Positions 1 to 8,611 of a DNA stretch of 56,303 bases are shown here, piece after piece. The notes below the pieces were generated by a model that did not search any database, was not told the DNA's origin, and saw only the letters and a list, made by a program, of their open reading frames with translations. This stretch comes from Anaerolineae bacterium (GTDB taxonomy: Bacteria > Chloroflexota > Anaerolineae > B4-G1 > DUEL01), in the NCBI GenBank assembly GCA_034435295.1, contig DAOTYD010000239.1, positions 1 through 56,303 of the forward strand, read 5' to 3'. Each line of letters begins with the position of its first letter. Positions within the stretch are counted from its first letter, which is position 1. A program made the translations under genes and the position numbers.

Positions 1-413
1 CCTGAATCGATCAGATCGACCACAGCCAGGCTATAGATCAGCGCCATCAGTCCCCACGCCCGCAGCGGATAGGTAACCCCTTTGACAAAGGCCAGCACAA
101 TGACCACAACATAGCCAGCAGCATAGACGGGGATCAGCCACGGTCTGCCATTGAGGTAGGTGTAATAAGAACCGGCAAGGAAAGCCAGCAAACCCAGCAC
201 AGCCAGGGCACGGAACGCCCCCAGGGCAAATTGTTCCCGCCAGCTCTGGATGTCCTCATGGAAAAGCGGCTGGCTCCGGCGGGAGGGAGGGCGGCCCGTC
301 TCTCCGCTCTCCGCCAGCGGCACCGCCGTCCGCCCTTTTATGCCCTCCGGCGTCGGCGCCGGAACGTCGGAAAAAAGCTCTTCCAACGACCGTTGCAATT
401 CGTCTTCGCGCAT
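1..413 (-). CDS. Partial CDS (N-terminus only, continues beyond the window start): polytopic membrane protein, possibly a sensor
   Basis: Not in the ORF track because it has no stop in the window. Complement ATG at 411-413 with GGAG upstream. Open to position 1. Translation MREDELQRSLEELFSDVPAPTPEG... is followed by hydrophobic helices (FRALAVLGLLAFLAGSYY, LIPVYAAGYVVVIVLAF, WGLMALIYSLAVV). Confidence 0.45.
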   Translation of the reverse strand, partial: MREDELQRSLEELFSDVPAPTPEGIKGRTAVPLAESGETGRPPSRRSQPLFHEDIQSWREQFALGAFRALAVLGLLAFLAGSYYTYLNGRPWLIPVYAAGYVVVIVLAFVKGVTYPLRAWGLMALIYSLAVVDLIDS

Positions 414-439
414 ACCTGCTCTCCTCTACCCAGAAACGC

Positions 440-1282
440 CTACGGGGACGTCGGCGCAAAGAGCGAGCCGTGCGTTGTCGTTGCGCTGCTGCCGTCTACC
501 GCCGTCGCCAGTTCGAGCGACAGGGGCAGCGCCGCGAGCACCTCACGGGCCAGTTCCCGATACTGGGCCGCCGCCCGCGTCTGGGGCGCATACTGGACGA
601 TCGGCAGTGTAAAGGCCGGACTTTCGCGCAGCCGCGTGTCAATCTGGATGGTCGTCTCGAACAGCGCCTGGTAGAAACGCCGGCGCAAATAATGCAGGAT
701 CAGGCGATGCACCCTGTTGCGCATGTCAAACATGGTCACCAGGAGACGGTAACTCAACTGCGGATTGCTCTTGCGTCGCACCAGGGTCACCATGTTCAAC
801 ATCTCGTGCAGCGAGCGCACCGAATAGTACTCACACTGGAGCGGGATGATGAGCAGATCGGCCGCCGTCAGGGCGTTCAACGTCAGCGTGCCAAAGGACG
901 GCGGGCAGTCGATCAGCACCAGGTCATACAACTCGTAGCGCATGCGCTCGAAATCCGCCTTGAGCCGATATTCATAACCAGGCCTTTTGTACAACAGTTT
1001 GTCCAGGAGAACAAGTTCACGATTGGCCGGCGCCAGGTCGATGCCAGGCACGGGCGTCTCGATGCTGACGGCAACCAGCGAGCGCTGGGCGAGCAGGACA
1101 TCGGCGACTGTGCGGCGCAGGGTATCGGGATCGGCCCCCAGGGACATGGTCAGATGGGCCTGGGGGTCCAGGTCCACCAACAGCGTCGTCAGGCCCTGCT
1201 CCGCCAGCGCGCCACCCAGCGAGAGACAGGTGGTCGTTTTGGCCACGCCGCCCTTGTTACTGGCAATGGCAATGACCTTCAT
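440..1282 (-). CDS. ParA/MinD-family P-loop ATPase
   Basis: Deviant Walker A KVIAIASNKGGVAKTTT, and DLVLIDCPPS. Start trimmed to M33 of the ORF (ATG 1280-1282 complement). Confidence 0.85.
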   Translation of the reverse strand: MKVIAIASNKGGVAKTTTCLSLGGALAEQGLTTLLVDLDPQAHLTMSLGADPDTLRRTVADVLLAQRSLVAVSIETPVPGIDLAPANRELVLLDKLLYKRPGYEYRLKADFERMRYELYDLVLIDCPPSFGTLTLNALTAADLLIIPLQCEYYSVRSLHEMLNMVTLVRRKSNPQLSYRLLVTMFDMRNRVHRLILHYLRRRFYQALFETTIQIDTRLRESPAFTLPIVQYAPQTRAAAQYRELAREVLAALPLSLELATAVDGSSATTTHGSLFAPTSP

Positions 1283-1301
1283 CGTTACATCCTCCACCCG
1301 C

Positions 1302-3608
1302 TCACTCTTTCCCTGCCGGGCGGTCCTGGGCGAGGGGGCGCAGCGGCAGGCTGAAAGTGAACGTCGAACCCTGGCCAACCTGGCTCTCCACCCAAATCCT
1401 GCCGCCGTGCATTTCGACGAACTCTTTGCTCAGGGCCAGGCCCAGGCCAGCCCCTTCGGGCCGGCGGCCGTTCTCCAGCGTCCCCTGTTCAAAGCGCTCA
1501 AAGATGCGCTCGTGGTCCTCCGGCGGGATGCCGATGCCGGTGTCGGAGATGCTGACATAGATCCAGTCCGCGTCCGCCCAGGCCCGCACGCGAATCTCCC
1601 CTGTCTCGGTGAAGCGGGCAGCGTTGCTCAGCAGCCCCAACAGCACCTGGCGGATGCGCGCAGGGTCAGCCTGCACCAGGGGCAGGTCTGGCGCGATCTC
1701 CTCACGAAGGGCAATGCTCCGCCCGCGTACCAATGCGCTGGTGGTGACCATCACACTGTGCACCAGATCGGCCAGGTCGATCTGGCGGAATTCGAGCTCC
1801 ATCAGCCCGGCTTCGATCTGGGAAAGGTCTAACAGGTCATTGATCAGCCCCAGCAAATGGCGGCCATTCTGGAGGATGATTTGCAGGTCCTCACGCTGCC
1901 GTGGCGTGAGCGGCGCGTCGATCTCTTTGAGCATCAGTTGTGAAAAGCCCAGGATGTTGGTCAAAGGCGTGCGCAGTTCCCGTGACATGTTGGACAGGAA
2001 GCGGCGCTTGGACTGGTCCAGCTCCTTCAGGCGCTGGACAGCTTCTCGCTCCACGGCATAGGCTCGGGCGTTCTCCAGCGCCGCCGCCACCTGCTGGGCT
2101 ACGTTCTGCAGCACAGAGACCTCGTCGTGGTCGAACTCGTGCTCCTCCAGGCTTTGCACGCCGAGCACGCCGAGCACGCGCCCGCCCCACAGCAGCGGCA
2201 AGGCCACCTCGCAGTGGGTGTAGGAAGCGGTCGGGCCGACGGTCACCGTCAAGGGATAGCTCTCGACTACCGGCTGCCGCTCGCGGAAAGCGCGGCCAAT
2301 CGGCCCGGCCACAGCAGCAAGCGCCGCGTCGCCATGCACAGAAATCGGCTGCCCTGCTGAGGCTGCCAACGTCAACTCCTCTCCGTTCACAGTGTATACC
2401 ACAACGTGCGAGTAGACAAATCGCTCCCGCACGACCTCGACCACGCGCTTGAGCAACAGGTCGGGGTCGCGGATCGAAGTAATGGCCCGGCCAACCTCCA
2501 GGCTGGCCTGCATCTGGATAGCGCGGCGTTGGATCAAATAGTTGGCCCTTTGCAGCAGTTCAGTGCGCTGGGCTACTTTGGCTTCCAGGTCGCTGTAGAG
2601 CACCGCCAGTTCGGCGCTCATGCGGTTAAAGACGTGGGCCAGGATACCGATTTCGTCGCGGGAGTTGACCTCCACTTTTTGCGACAGGTCGCCAGCGGCG
2701 ATGCGCAGCGCCGACTCGGTGAGCTGGACGACAGGGCGGGTGATCTGCCGCGCCACAAAGGCCGCGCTGACCGCGGTCAACATGGCCACGCCCAGCGCAA
2801 AAGCGACCAGCGCGGTGACCAGGGCATCGTTGCTGGCAAAGGCCTCCTGCTGCGATTGCTCGACAAAGAGCGCCATCTCTGCCTCTGGCAGCCAGCGGTA
2901 GGCACCGATAACCGGCGTGCCTTCGTAATCGCTATATAACCCCACCCCCCCCTCGCCGCCGCTCAGCGCGGCGTCGATCACGGAGCTGGAAACCTGCCGG
3001 CCCTGCGGGAAAGCCATCCCCAGTCGATCCACCACATAGACCCGACCGGTCTGGCCCAGGCCGGCCGTCTCTGCCAGCATGCGGCTCAGCGCGTCCGGCG
3101 GCACACGCATGGCGATGTAAGGCCAGCGCGGATCGTCCAATGGGACGACCAGGACAATGCCTGGATTACGGCGGTAGATGAGGGAAAGGCGCGGCGACTC
3201 TGCGTCAGCGGGCAAAGCAAGGACATCGCCCTCCCATCCCGGCGCGCTGGCGCACTGCACCTGCCCCCTGGCGTTCAACAGGGCCAGATCGACGTCGCCC
3301 CACTGCGCGGCAACGCCGGCAAGACAACTGCAAACAGCAGTGCTCCCCGCGGTCAGGCATGAGCGGATGTCGAGAGAAGACAGCGCCGCTCTCTGCTCTT
3401 CCACCCAGCGGACGATCTGGGCCTCTTTCGACGTTGCGACGGAGGCCAGTTTGTCCATCACCTCGTGTTGAATGTTGAGGCGGCTACGGCTGGTGGCGTA
3501 CCAGCTCACGGCACTGAGAGGGAGAATCGCCAGGACGAGGAAAGCCGTCAGGAGGGTACGTCCCAACCCACCACGCAGCCCAATGTCCGGCACCTTTTCC
3601 GCGCTCAT
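1302..3608 (-). CDS. Sensor histidine kinase (periplasmic sensor, HAMP, GAF, HisKA, HATPase_c)
   Basis: HAMP ITRPVVQLTESALRIAAGDL. H-box SNMSRELRTPL. ATPase boxes LLSNAARFT, DTGIGIPPED and GLGLALSKEFVEMHGG. Start trimmed to M35 (GAGGAAAG upstream). Confidence 0.85.
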   Translation of the reverse strand: MSAEKVPDIGLRGGLGRTLLTAFLVLAILPLSAVSWYATSRSRLNIQHEVMDKLASVATSKEAQIVRWVEEQRAALSSLDIRSCLTAGSTAVCSCLAGVAAQWGDVDLALLNARGQVQCASAPGWEGDVLALPADAESPRLSLIYRRNPGIVLVVPLDDPRWPYIAMRVPPDALSRMLAETAGLGQTGRVYVVDRLGMAFPQGRQVSSSVIDAALSGGEGGVGLYSDYEGTPVIGAYRWLPEAEMALFVEQSQQEAFASNDALVTALVAFALGVAMLTAVSAAFVARQITRPVVQLTESALRIAAGDLSQKVEVNSRDEIGILAHVFNRMSAELAVLYSDLEAKVAQRTELLQRANYLIQRRAIQMQASLEVGRAITSIRDPDLLLKRVVEVVRERFVYSHVVVYTVNGEELTLAASAGQPISVHGDAALAAVAGPIGRAFRERQPVVESYPLTVTVGPTASYTHCEVALPLLWGGRVLGVLGVQSLEEHEFDHDEVSVLQNVAQQVAAALENARAYAVEREAVQRLKELDQSKRRFLSNMSRELRTPLTNILGFSQLMLKEIDAPLTPRQREDLQIILQNGRHLLGLINDLLDLSQIEAGLMELEFRQIDLADLVHSVMVTTSALVRGRSIALREEIAPDLPLVQADPARIRQVLLGLLSNAARFTETGEIRVRAWADADWIYVSISDTGIGIPPEDHERIFERFEQGTLENGRRPEGAGLGLALSKEFVEMHGGRIWVESQVGQGSTFTFSLPLRPLAQDRPAGKE

Positions 3609-3633
3609 GCTTTCCTCGACGAGCGGTAACTGT

Positions 3634-3732
3634 CTACCCTCCCGCAGGTTTGGGCGCAATTTCCGCAGTGGAGCGCCCCGCAATGAGCCACCTGCCCTCT
3701 TGCCCACCACTTTCTAACCTGCGGGAGGGTAG
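3634..3732. repeat. Perfect 17-bp inverted repeat pair flanking 65 nt (MITE/REP-like)
   Basis: ctaccctcccgcaggtt (3634-3650) and aacctgcgggagggtag (3716-3732), in the 5' region of the histidine kinase gene. Confidence 0.8.
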
Positions 3733-3857
3733 GGGTGGGCAGATACGACGAGCGATACAAGGAGCGGGCCCCTCTACCCCGCGCCTCCACGAGGGTACTT
3801 GAGCCAGAGACCCGCTTCCTGCCGGCCTACCCACCGCCCCCTCTCAAGCGAGGGGAC

Positions 3858-4268
3858 TCACGAGGTTTCCCAAATCTTTTCCCCTCGCAAGATGCGCTCG
3901 ATCTGCCCGGGAAAACGGTCAGGATCGATCGGCTTGCCGATAAAACCGTCGAAACCAGCCTGACGCGCCTTTTCCATATTCGACTGACTGGCATCCGCCG
4001 TGACCGCAACGATGAGCTTGTCCTTGAAACGAGGGTCCCGGCGCAGCAACTCCAACGCCCTGTACCCATCCACCTCCGGCAGATTGATGTCCATCAGAAT
4101 CAGATCGACGTTGGGCAGCGACTCGACAAACTCGCGCACCTGCCAGCCGGATGCTTTCCACTCACAACGCTCAACGCCCAGGTAGGCCAGAAGACGCGCG
4201 ATGAGCAAAAAGTTATTCAGGTTGTCCTCAATGACCAGAACCGTGGCATCTTGCGGCTTGATGGCCAT
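3858..4268 (-). CDS. Stand-alone response-regulator receiver protein
   Basis: VLVIEDNLNN, LILMDINLPEVDG, IVAVTADA and GFIGKP. No output domain. Start trimmed to MAIKPQD. Confidence 0.85.
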   Translation of the reverse strand: MAIKPQDATVLVIEDNLNNFLLIARLLAYLGVERCEWKASGWQVREFVESLPNVDLILMDINLPEVDGYRALELLRRDPRFKDKLIVAVTADASQSNMEKARQAGFDGFIGKPIDPDRFPGQIERILRGEKIWETS

Positions 4269-4284
4269 TTCTGCCCCCTCTCGG

Positions 4285-4656
4285 CTACCCGGACGCGAAA
4301 AAGCTGGCAATCTGTTCAGCCAGCGTGTCCACGTCGATGGGCTTTTGCAGATAGCCGTTGCAACCAGCTTCCAGCGAGCGCTCGCGGTCGCCCTTCATCA
4401 CATTGGCGGTCAGCGCGACGATGGGCACCTTGCGCAGCCCTGGCGTCCGGCGCAACAGCCCCACCACCTCATAGCCGTCCACGTCCGGCAGGTTGATATC
4501 GAGCAGGATCAGATCCGGCAACGACGCCTGTGCCTTTTGCACGCCCGAAGGGCCGTCGACGGCTTCTTCAACCCTGTAGCCAGCCGCCTCTAACACGCGA
4601 CGCACCAGCAGCCGGTTGGCCGGGTCATCCTCGATATAGAGAATCAATTTGGACAT
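4285..4656 (-). CDS. Stand-alone response-regulator receiver protein
   Basis: LYIEDDPANR, LILLDINLPDVDG, IVALTANV and GYLQKP. Start trimmed to MSKLILY. Confidence 0.85.
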   Translation of the reverse strand: MSKLILYIEDDPANRLLVRRVLEAAGYRVEEAVDGPSGVQKAQASLPDLILLDINLPDVDGYEVVGLLRRTPGLRKVPIVALTANVMKGDRERSLEAGCNGYLQKPIDVDTLAEQIASFFASG

Positions 4657-4761
4657 GCCCACCCCTGATGATCGACTTTCTCTCATCATTATACTCATTT
4701 CTGGGAAAAGTTGCCAGTGCCCCTCTCGTTACAGAATCGTTAAGGAAAGGCGACCATGGGG

Positions 4762-5559
4762 CTACAGCGGTGAACCGAGATGCCGCGTCACCAGCTCCTG
4801 GCCCTCTGGCCCCAGAACCCACTGCATAAACGCGCGAGCTTCCCCTTGAGGCTCGCCAGGCGTGACCAGGAAGAGGACATAGGCCAGAGGCGCACCAGCG
4901 CGGCGCGCTGCGGCCGGAAGTACCCCATCGACCGCCACGACGCGCACATCGCCGTCGAGGCGGGAGAGGGGAACATAACCAATCGCACCTGGCGTCGACG
5001 CCACCGCCGCCAGCACGCCAGCGTCGTCGGCGACCGCCAGCGCCGTCAGCGTCACGTCGTACCCATCCATCACCTCCGCCTCGAACAGCGCCCGCACTCC
5101 CGAGCCGGCCTCGCGGCTGACCACCTGCACAGGCGTGCCGTCGGCCCATTCGCCGATGCGCCCGCGAAAGATCTCGCGCAACGTCTCGCGGTCGAGCCCT
5201 TCGACCGGCACGGCGGGATGGACGATCACGGCAATGGCATCGCTGGCAAAGGGGAGCAACCACAGGTCCACCTCCCCGCCTGGCCAGGCCAGCGCCGCCA
5301 GGTCAGCCGCGCCTGTGCGCAACCGCTCCTCGGCCACTGCGTCGTCGAACACCTCGACCTCGACCACAGCCCACGGATGCGCCGCCTGATAAGCCACCGC
5401 CAGCTCCTCCATCAGCGGCCCGCAGGCGTCCGTCGCCACCAAATGCAAGGTAGTGGGCTCTGATGTCGTCACAACCGGCGCAGGCGAGGTGCAGGCAGAC
5501 AAAAGCAGAGCGATGAACGACAGGCGACAGGCGAGGAGCGATAAACGACCCGCGCCCAC
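4762..5559 (-). CDS. PstS-family (PBP-like type 2) substrate-binding lipoprotein
   Basis: Lipobox LLSAC. SREAGSGVRALF and PGAIGYVPLS motifs typical of phosphate-binding PBP_like_2 proteins. Confidence 0.7.
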   Translation of the reverse strand: MGAGRLSLLACRLSFIALLLSACTSPAPVVTTSEPTTLHLVATDACGPLMEELAVAYQAAHPWAVVEVEVFDDAVAEERLRTGAADLAALAWPGGEVDLWLLPFASDAIAVIVHPAVPVEGLDRETLREIFRGRIGEWADGTPVQVVSREAGSGVRALFEAEVMDGYDVTLTALAVADDAGVLAAVASTPGAIGYVPLSRLDGDVRVVAVDGVLPAAARRAGAPLAYVLFLVTPGEPQGEARAFMQWVLGPEGQELVTRHLGSPL

Positions 5560-5562
5560 CTT

Positions 5563-6375
5563 TCACCCCCTGACCAGGGCCAGCACCAGCCCGCCCAGAC
5601 CGACGAGGGCACAGTAGATGGCAAAGGGGTAGAGAGAGCGGCGCTGTAGATAGCGCAGCAGAAAGTGGATGCAGGCCAGGCCCGCCAGCAGAGCCGCCAG
5701 GAAACCGACCAGGAGCAAGGACAGTTGCGCCGGCAGGCCTCCGCTCCCGACCAGATCGGCCACCTGCAACAGCCCGGCCCCCAGGATGATCGGCGTCGAC
5801 AGCAGAAAGCTGAAGCGAGCGGCGTGCTGGCGCTCCTGCCCCCGCGCCATGCCGGCAGCGATGGTCGAGCCAGAGCGGGAGATGCCGGGCAGGATCGCCG
5901 CCGCCTGCGCCAGCCCGACCAGCAGCGCGTCCAGCCAGGTCATCTGCGCTGGCGACCTGTCACGGCGCGACCCGCTCTCGACCAGGGTCAGGATGCTCGC
6001 CGTGACCAGCAGGAAACCGGCTGCTGCGGCGGGCTGGCCGAACATGCCCTCGAAAAAGTCCTCCAACGCCCAACCGACCAATGCCGCCGGCAGCGTGCCG
6101 ATGACAAGCCAGAGGAGCAGGCGCGCGCGCGGATCGTCCAGCGAGCGGCTGCGCAGGGCCTCCCAGGCGCCCTCGATCAGCCCCAGCCAGTCGCGCCAAA
6201 AGTAGCCGACGACGGCGGCCGCCGTGCCCCAGTGTACCAGCGTGTCAAAGGCCAGCGTTGGCGCAGGCCAGCCCAACAGCCAGGGAACGAGCACAAGGTG
6301 GCCGGAACTGCTGACCGGCAGGAACTCGGTTGCACCCTGGAGCAATCCGAGCAGCAGAGCCTGAATCCAGGACAT
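5563..6375 (-). CDS. uppP: Undecaprenyl-diphosphate phosphatase
   Basis: EFLPVSSSGH and PGISRSGSTI signature motifs. 8 hydrophobic segments. Confidence 0.9.
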   Translation of the reverse strand: MSWIQALLLGLLQGATEFLPVSSSGHLVLVPWLLGWPAPTLAFDTLVHWGTAAAVVGYFWRDWLGLIEGAWEALRSRSLDDPRARLLLWLVIGTLPAALVGWALEDFFEGMFGQPAAAAGFLLVTASILTLVESGSRRDRSPAQMTWLDALLVGLAQAAAILPGISRSGSTIAAGMARGQERQHAARFSFLLSTPIILGAGLLQVADLVGSGGLPAQLSLLLVGFLAALLAGLACIHFLLRYLQRRSLYPFAIYCALVGLGGLVLALVRG

Positions 6376-6384
6376 GGCGCCCTC

Positions 6385-7398
6385 CTAGCAGATGCGCGGC
6401 AAGAGTTCGCCGAGGGGCATATCGACCACACGGCGTCCACTGATGGCGGTGCGCGCCAGCACCAGCCGCGGATGTTCCGCCGTGACCGTGCCGATACGCG
6501 CTGCCTCTCGACCGAGGGGATGAGCGCGCAACGCCGCCAGCGCCGCCTCGGCCTCTGTCGGCGGGACGAAGGCGACCAGCTTGCCTTCGTTGGCGACCGT
6601 CAGGGGGTCAAAGCCCAACATCTCACAGGCGGCGGCGACGGCGGGGCGCAGCGGCACGGCCGCCTCGTCGATCTCGATGCCTACTGCCGAGGAAGCGGCC
6701 AGTTCGTTCAACGCCGCCGCCAGCCCGCCGCGGGTGGGGTCGCGCAGGCAGTGCGTGTGCGGCGCGGCAGCCAGCAATTCCGCCACCAGGCCGTGCAGCG
6801 GCGCGCTGTCGGAAAGGAGCCCGGTCTCGAAGGCCAGCCCTTCGCGCTGGCTGAGCACGGCAATGCCGTGGTCGCCGACCGTGCCGCTGAGCAGCACCAC
6901 GTCGCCGGGCCGCGCCTGGTCCGGCCCCACGGCCACGTCTTCCGGCAGCAGGCCGACGCCAGCGGTGTTGATATAGATGCCATCGCCGTGGCCGCGCTCG
7001 ACGACTTTGGTATCGCCGGCAACGACCTGAACGCCTGCCGCACGCGCGGCATCGGCCATCGAACGGACCACCCGCTCCAGCACATCGATCTCCAGCCCCT
7101 CTTCCAGAATGAAGCCCGCCGTCAGCCAGAGCGGGCGCGCGCCGCTCATCGCCAGGTCGTTGACCGTGCCGTGGACGGCCAGCGAGCCGATGTCACCGCC
7201 GGGGAAAAAGAGCGGTCGGACGACAAACGAATCGGTCGAAATCGCCAGGCGCAGGTCTCGCGTTGCCAGGGACACCAACGTCGCGTCGGCCATCTGCCGC
7301 AGATACGGATTATCCAGCGGCCCGGCAAAGACCTGGCGGATCAACTCGGCCATCATCCGCCCCCCCGCCCCATGCGCCAACCGAATCACCCTCTCCAT
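6385..7398 (-). CDS. hypE: Hydrogenase maturation protein HypE
   Basis: N-terminal LAHGAGG, PurM-like fold, C-terminal PRIC. Confidence 0.9.
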   Translation of the reverse strand: MERVIRLAHGAGGRMMAELIRQVFAGPLDNPYLRQMADATLVSLATRDLRLAISTDSFVVRPLFFPGGDIGSLAVHGTVNDLAMSGARPLWLTAGFILEEGLEIDVLERVVRSMADAARAAGVQVVAGDTKVVERGHGDGIYINTAGVGLLPEDVAVGPDQARPGDVVLLSGTVGDHGIAVLSQREGLAFETGLLSDSAPLHGLVAELLAAAPHTHCLRDPTRGGLAAALNELAASSAVGIEIDEAAVPLRPAVAAACEMLGFDPLTVANEGKLVAFVPPTEAEAALAALRAHPLGREAARIGTVTAEHPRLVLARTAISGRRVVDMPLGELLPRIC

Positions 7399-7422
7399 AT
7401 CACCTGATCACCTGCCTGCCCG

Positions 7423-7472
7423 CAAACTCGCCCGCTTGCACACTTGCAAACTTGCAAACTTGCAAACTTGCC
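7423..7472. repeat. Octamer tandem repeat (NACTTGCA)x5 between hypD and hypE
   Basis: gcttgca cacttgca aacttgca aacttgca aacttgcc. The palindromic core TTGCAA recurs every 8 nt. Confidence 0.8.
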
Positions 7473-7474
7473 CC

Positions 7475-8581
7475 CTACCGTCCCCCATACTGATAATACG
7501 CCGCGCATGCCCCCTCCGCGCTGACCATGCACGGTCCCACCGGATTCTGCGGCGTACAGAGGCGGCCAAAGAGCGCACAATCGGGCGGCGAAAGCACACC
7601 GCGCAGGACGTCGCCGCAGCGACAGCCGGGCGGCTCGCGGGCCGGCGTCACCGTCACGGCAAAAGCCCGCGCCGCGTCGAAGCGAGCATAGGCCTGGCGC
7701 GGCCGCAGCCCACTGGCCGGAATGACGCCAAAACCGCGCCACTCGGCGTCGACTGCCTCAAAGACCTGCGCCATAGCCGCCTGCGCGGACGCGTTACCTG
7801 CCGGGCGGACCGTGCGGGCGTAGGCGTTGACCACATCGGCGCGCCCCGCTTCGACCATTTCCACCAGCGCCAGCACCGCCCGCAGCAGGTCCAGCGGCTC
7901 GAAACCGGCAATCGCGCAGGGGATGCCATACTCGTCGGGCAGAAAGCGCCAGGCGTCTGCGCCGATCACCGTCGTCACGTGGCCTGGGCCGATGATGCCG
8001 TCCAGAGCCACCTCGCCGGCGTCGAGAATGGCGCGCGTGGCCGGCGGGGTCAGCTTGTGCATACTGAACAGATACAAGTTCTCCAGCCCCTCAGCCTGCG
8101 CCGCCAGCAGCGCCGAGGCGCTCATCGGCGCTGTCGTCTCGAAACCAACGCCCAGAAAGACCACCCGGCGAGCCGGGTTCTGCCGCGCGATCTGCAAGGC
8201 GTCCAGGGGCGAATAGACCACGCGCACATCCGCGCCCTCCGCTTTGGCCTGAGCCAGTGAAACACCGCCGCTGCCAGGGACGCGAATCATGTCGCCAAAA
8301 GTGGTCAGGATCACCCCCTCTACCTTCGACAGCGCAATCGCCCAATCCAGCTCGGTCGCGGCGGTGACACAAACCGGGCAGCCCGGACCGGAGAGCAATT
8401 CGACAGTCGGCGGCAGGAGAGAGGGGATACCGTAACGCAAGATAGCATGCGTGTGCCCGCCGCAGAACTCCATGAGCCGCACAGGGCGAGCAGCGCAGCG
8501 ATGGATGGCTGAAGCTATAGCGCGGGCCGCGTCAGGGTCACGAAATGGCTCGGTAAATGATCGCAAAATGTAACGGATCAC
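7475..8581 (-). CDS. hypD: Hydrogenase maturation protein HypD
   Basis: CGGHTHAI, GPGCPVCV, GFETTAP, GPGHVTTVIG, and a C-terminal Cys cluster ...CMVSAEGACAAYY. Confidence 0.9.
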   Translation of the reverse strand: MIRYILRSFTEPFRDPDAARAIASAIHRCAARPVRLMEFCGGHTHAILRYGIPSLLPPTVELLSGPGCPVCVTAATELDWAIALSKVEGVILTTFGDMIRVPGSGGVSLAQAKAEGADVRVVYSPLDALQIARQNPARRVVFLGVGFETTAPMSASALLAAQAEGLENLYLFSMHKLTPPATRAILDAGEVALDGIIGPGHVTTVIGADAWRFLPDEYGIPCAIAGFEPLDLLRAVLALVEMVEAGRADVVNAYARTVRPAGNASAQAAMAQVFEAVDAEWRGFGVIPASGLRPRQAYARFDAARAFAVTVTPAREPPGCRCGDVLRGVLSPPDCALFGRLCTPQNPVGPCMVSAEGACAAYYQYGGR

Positions 8582-8611
8582 CCTCCCGCAGGTTCAGGCG
8601 CGAGTCCAAAG

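Noticed and set aside
231-674. 147-aa and 120-aa plus-strand ORFs at the window start
   Set aside because: They are antisense to the ParA 3' end and to the partial membrane-protein gene, and their composition is Arg/Ala/Ser-rich.
8582-8611. Looked for a small hypC gene upstream of hypD
   Set aside because: Only 30 nt separate hypD from the radical SAM gene, and no ORF is possible.
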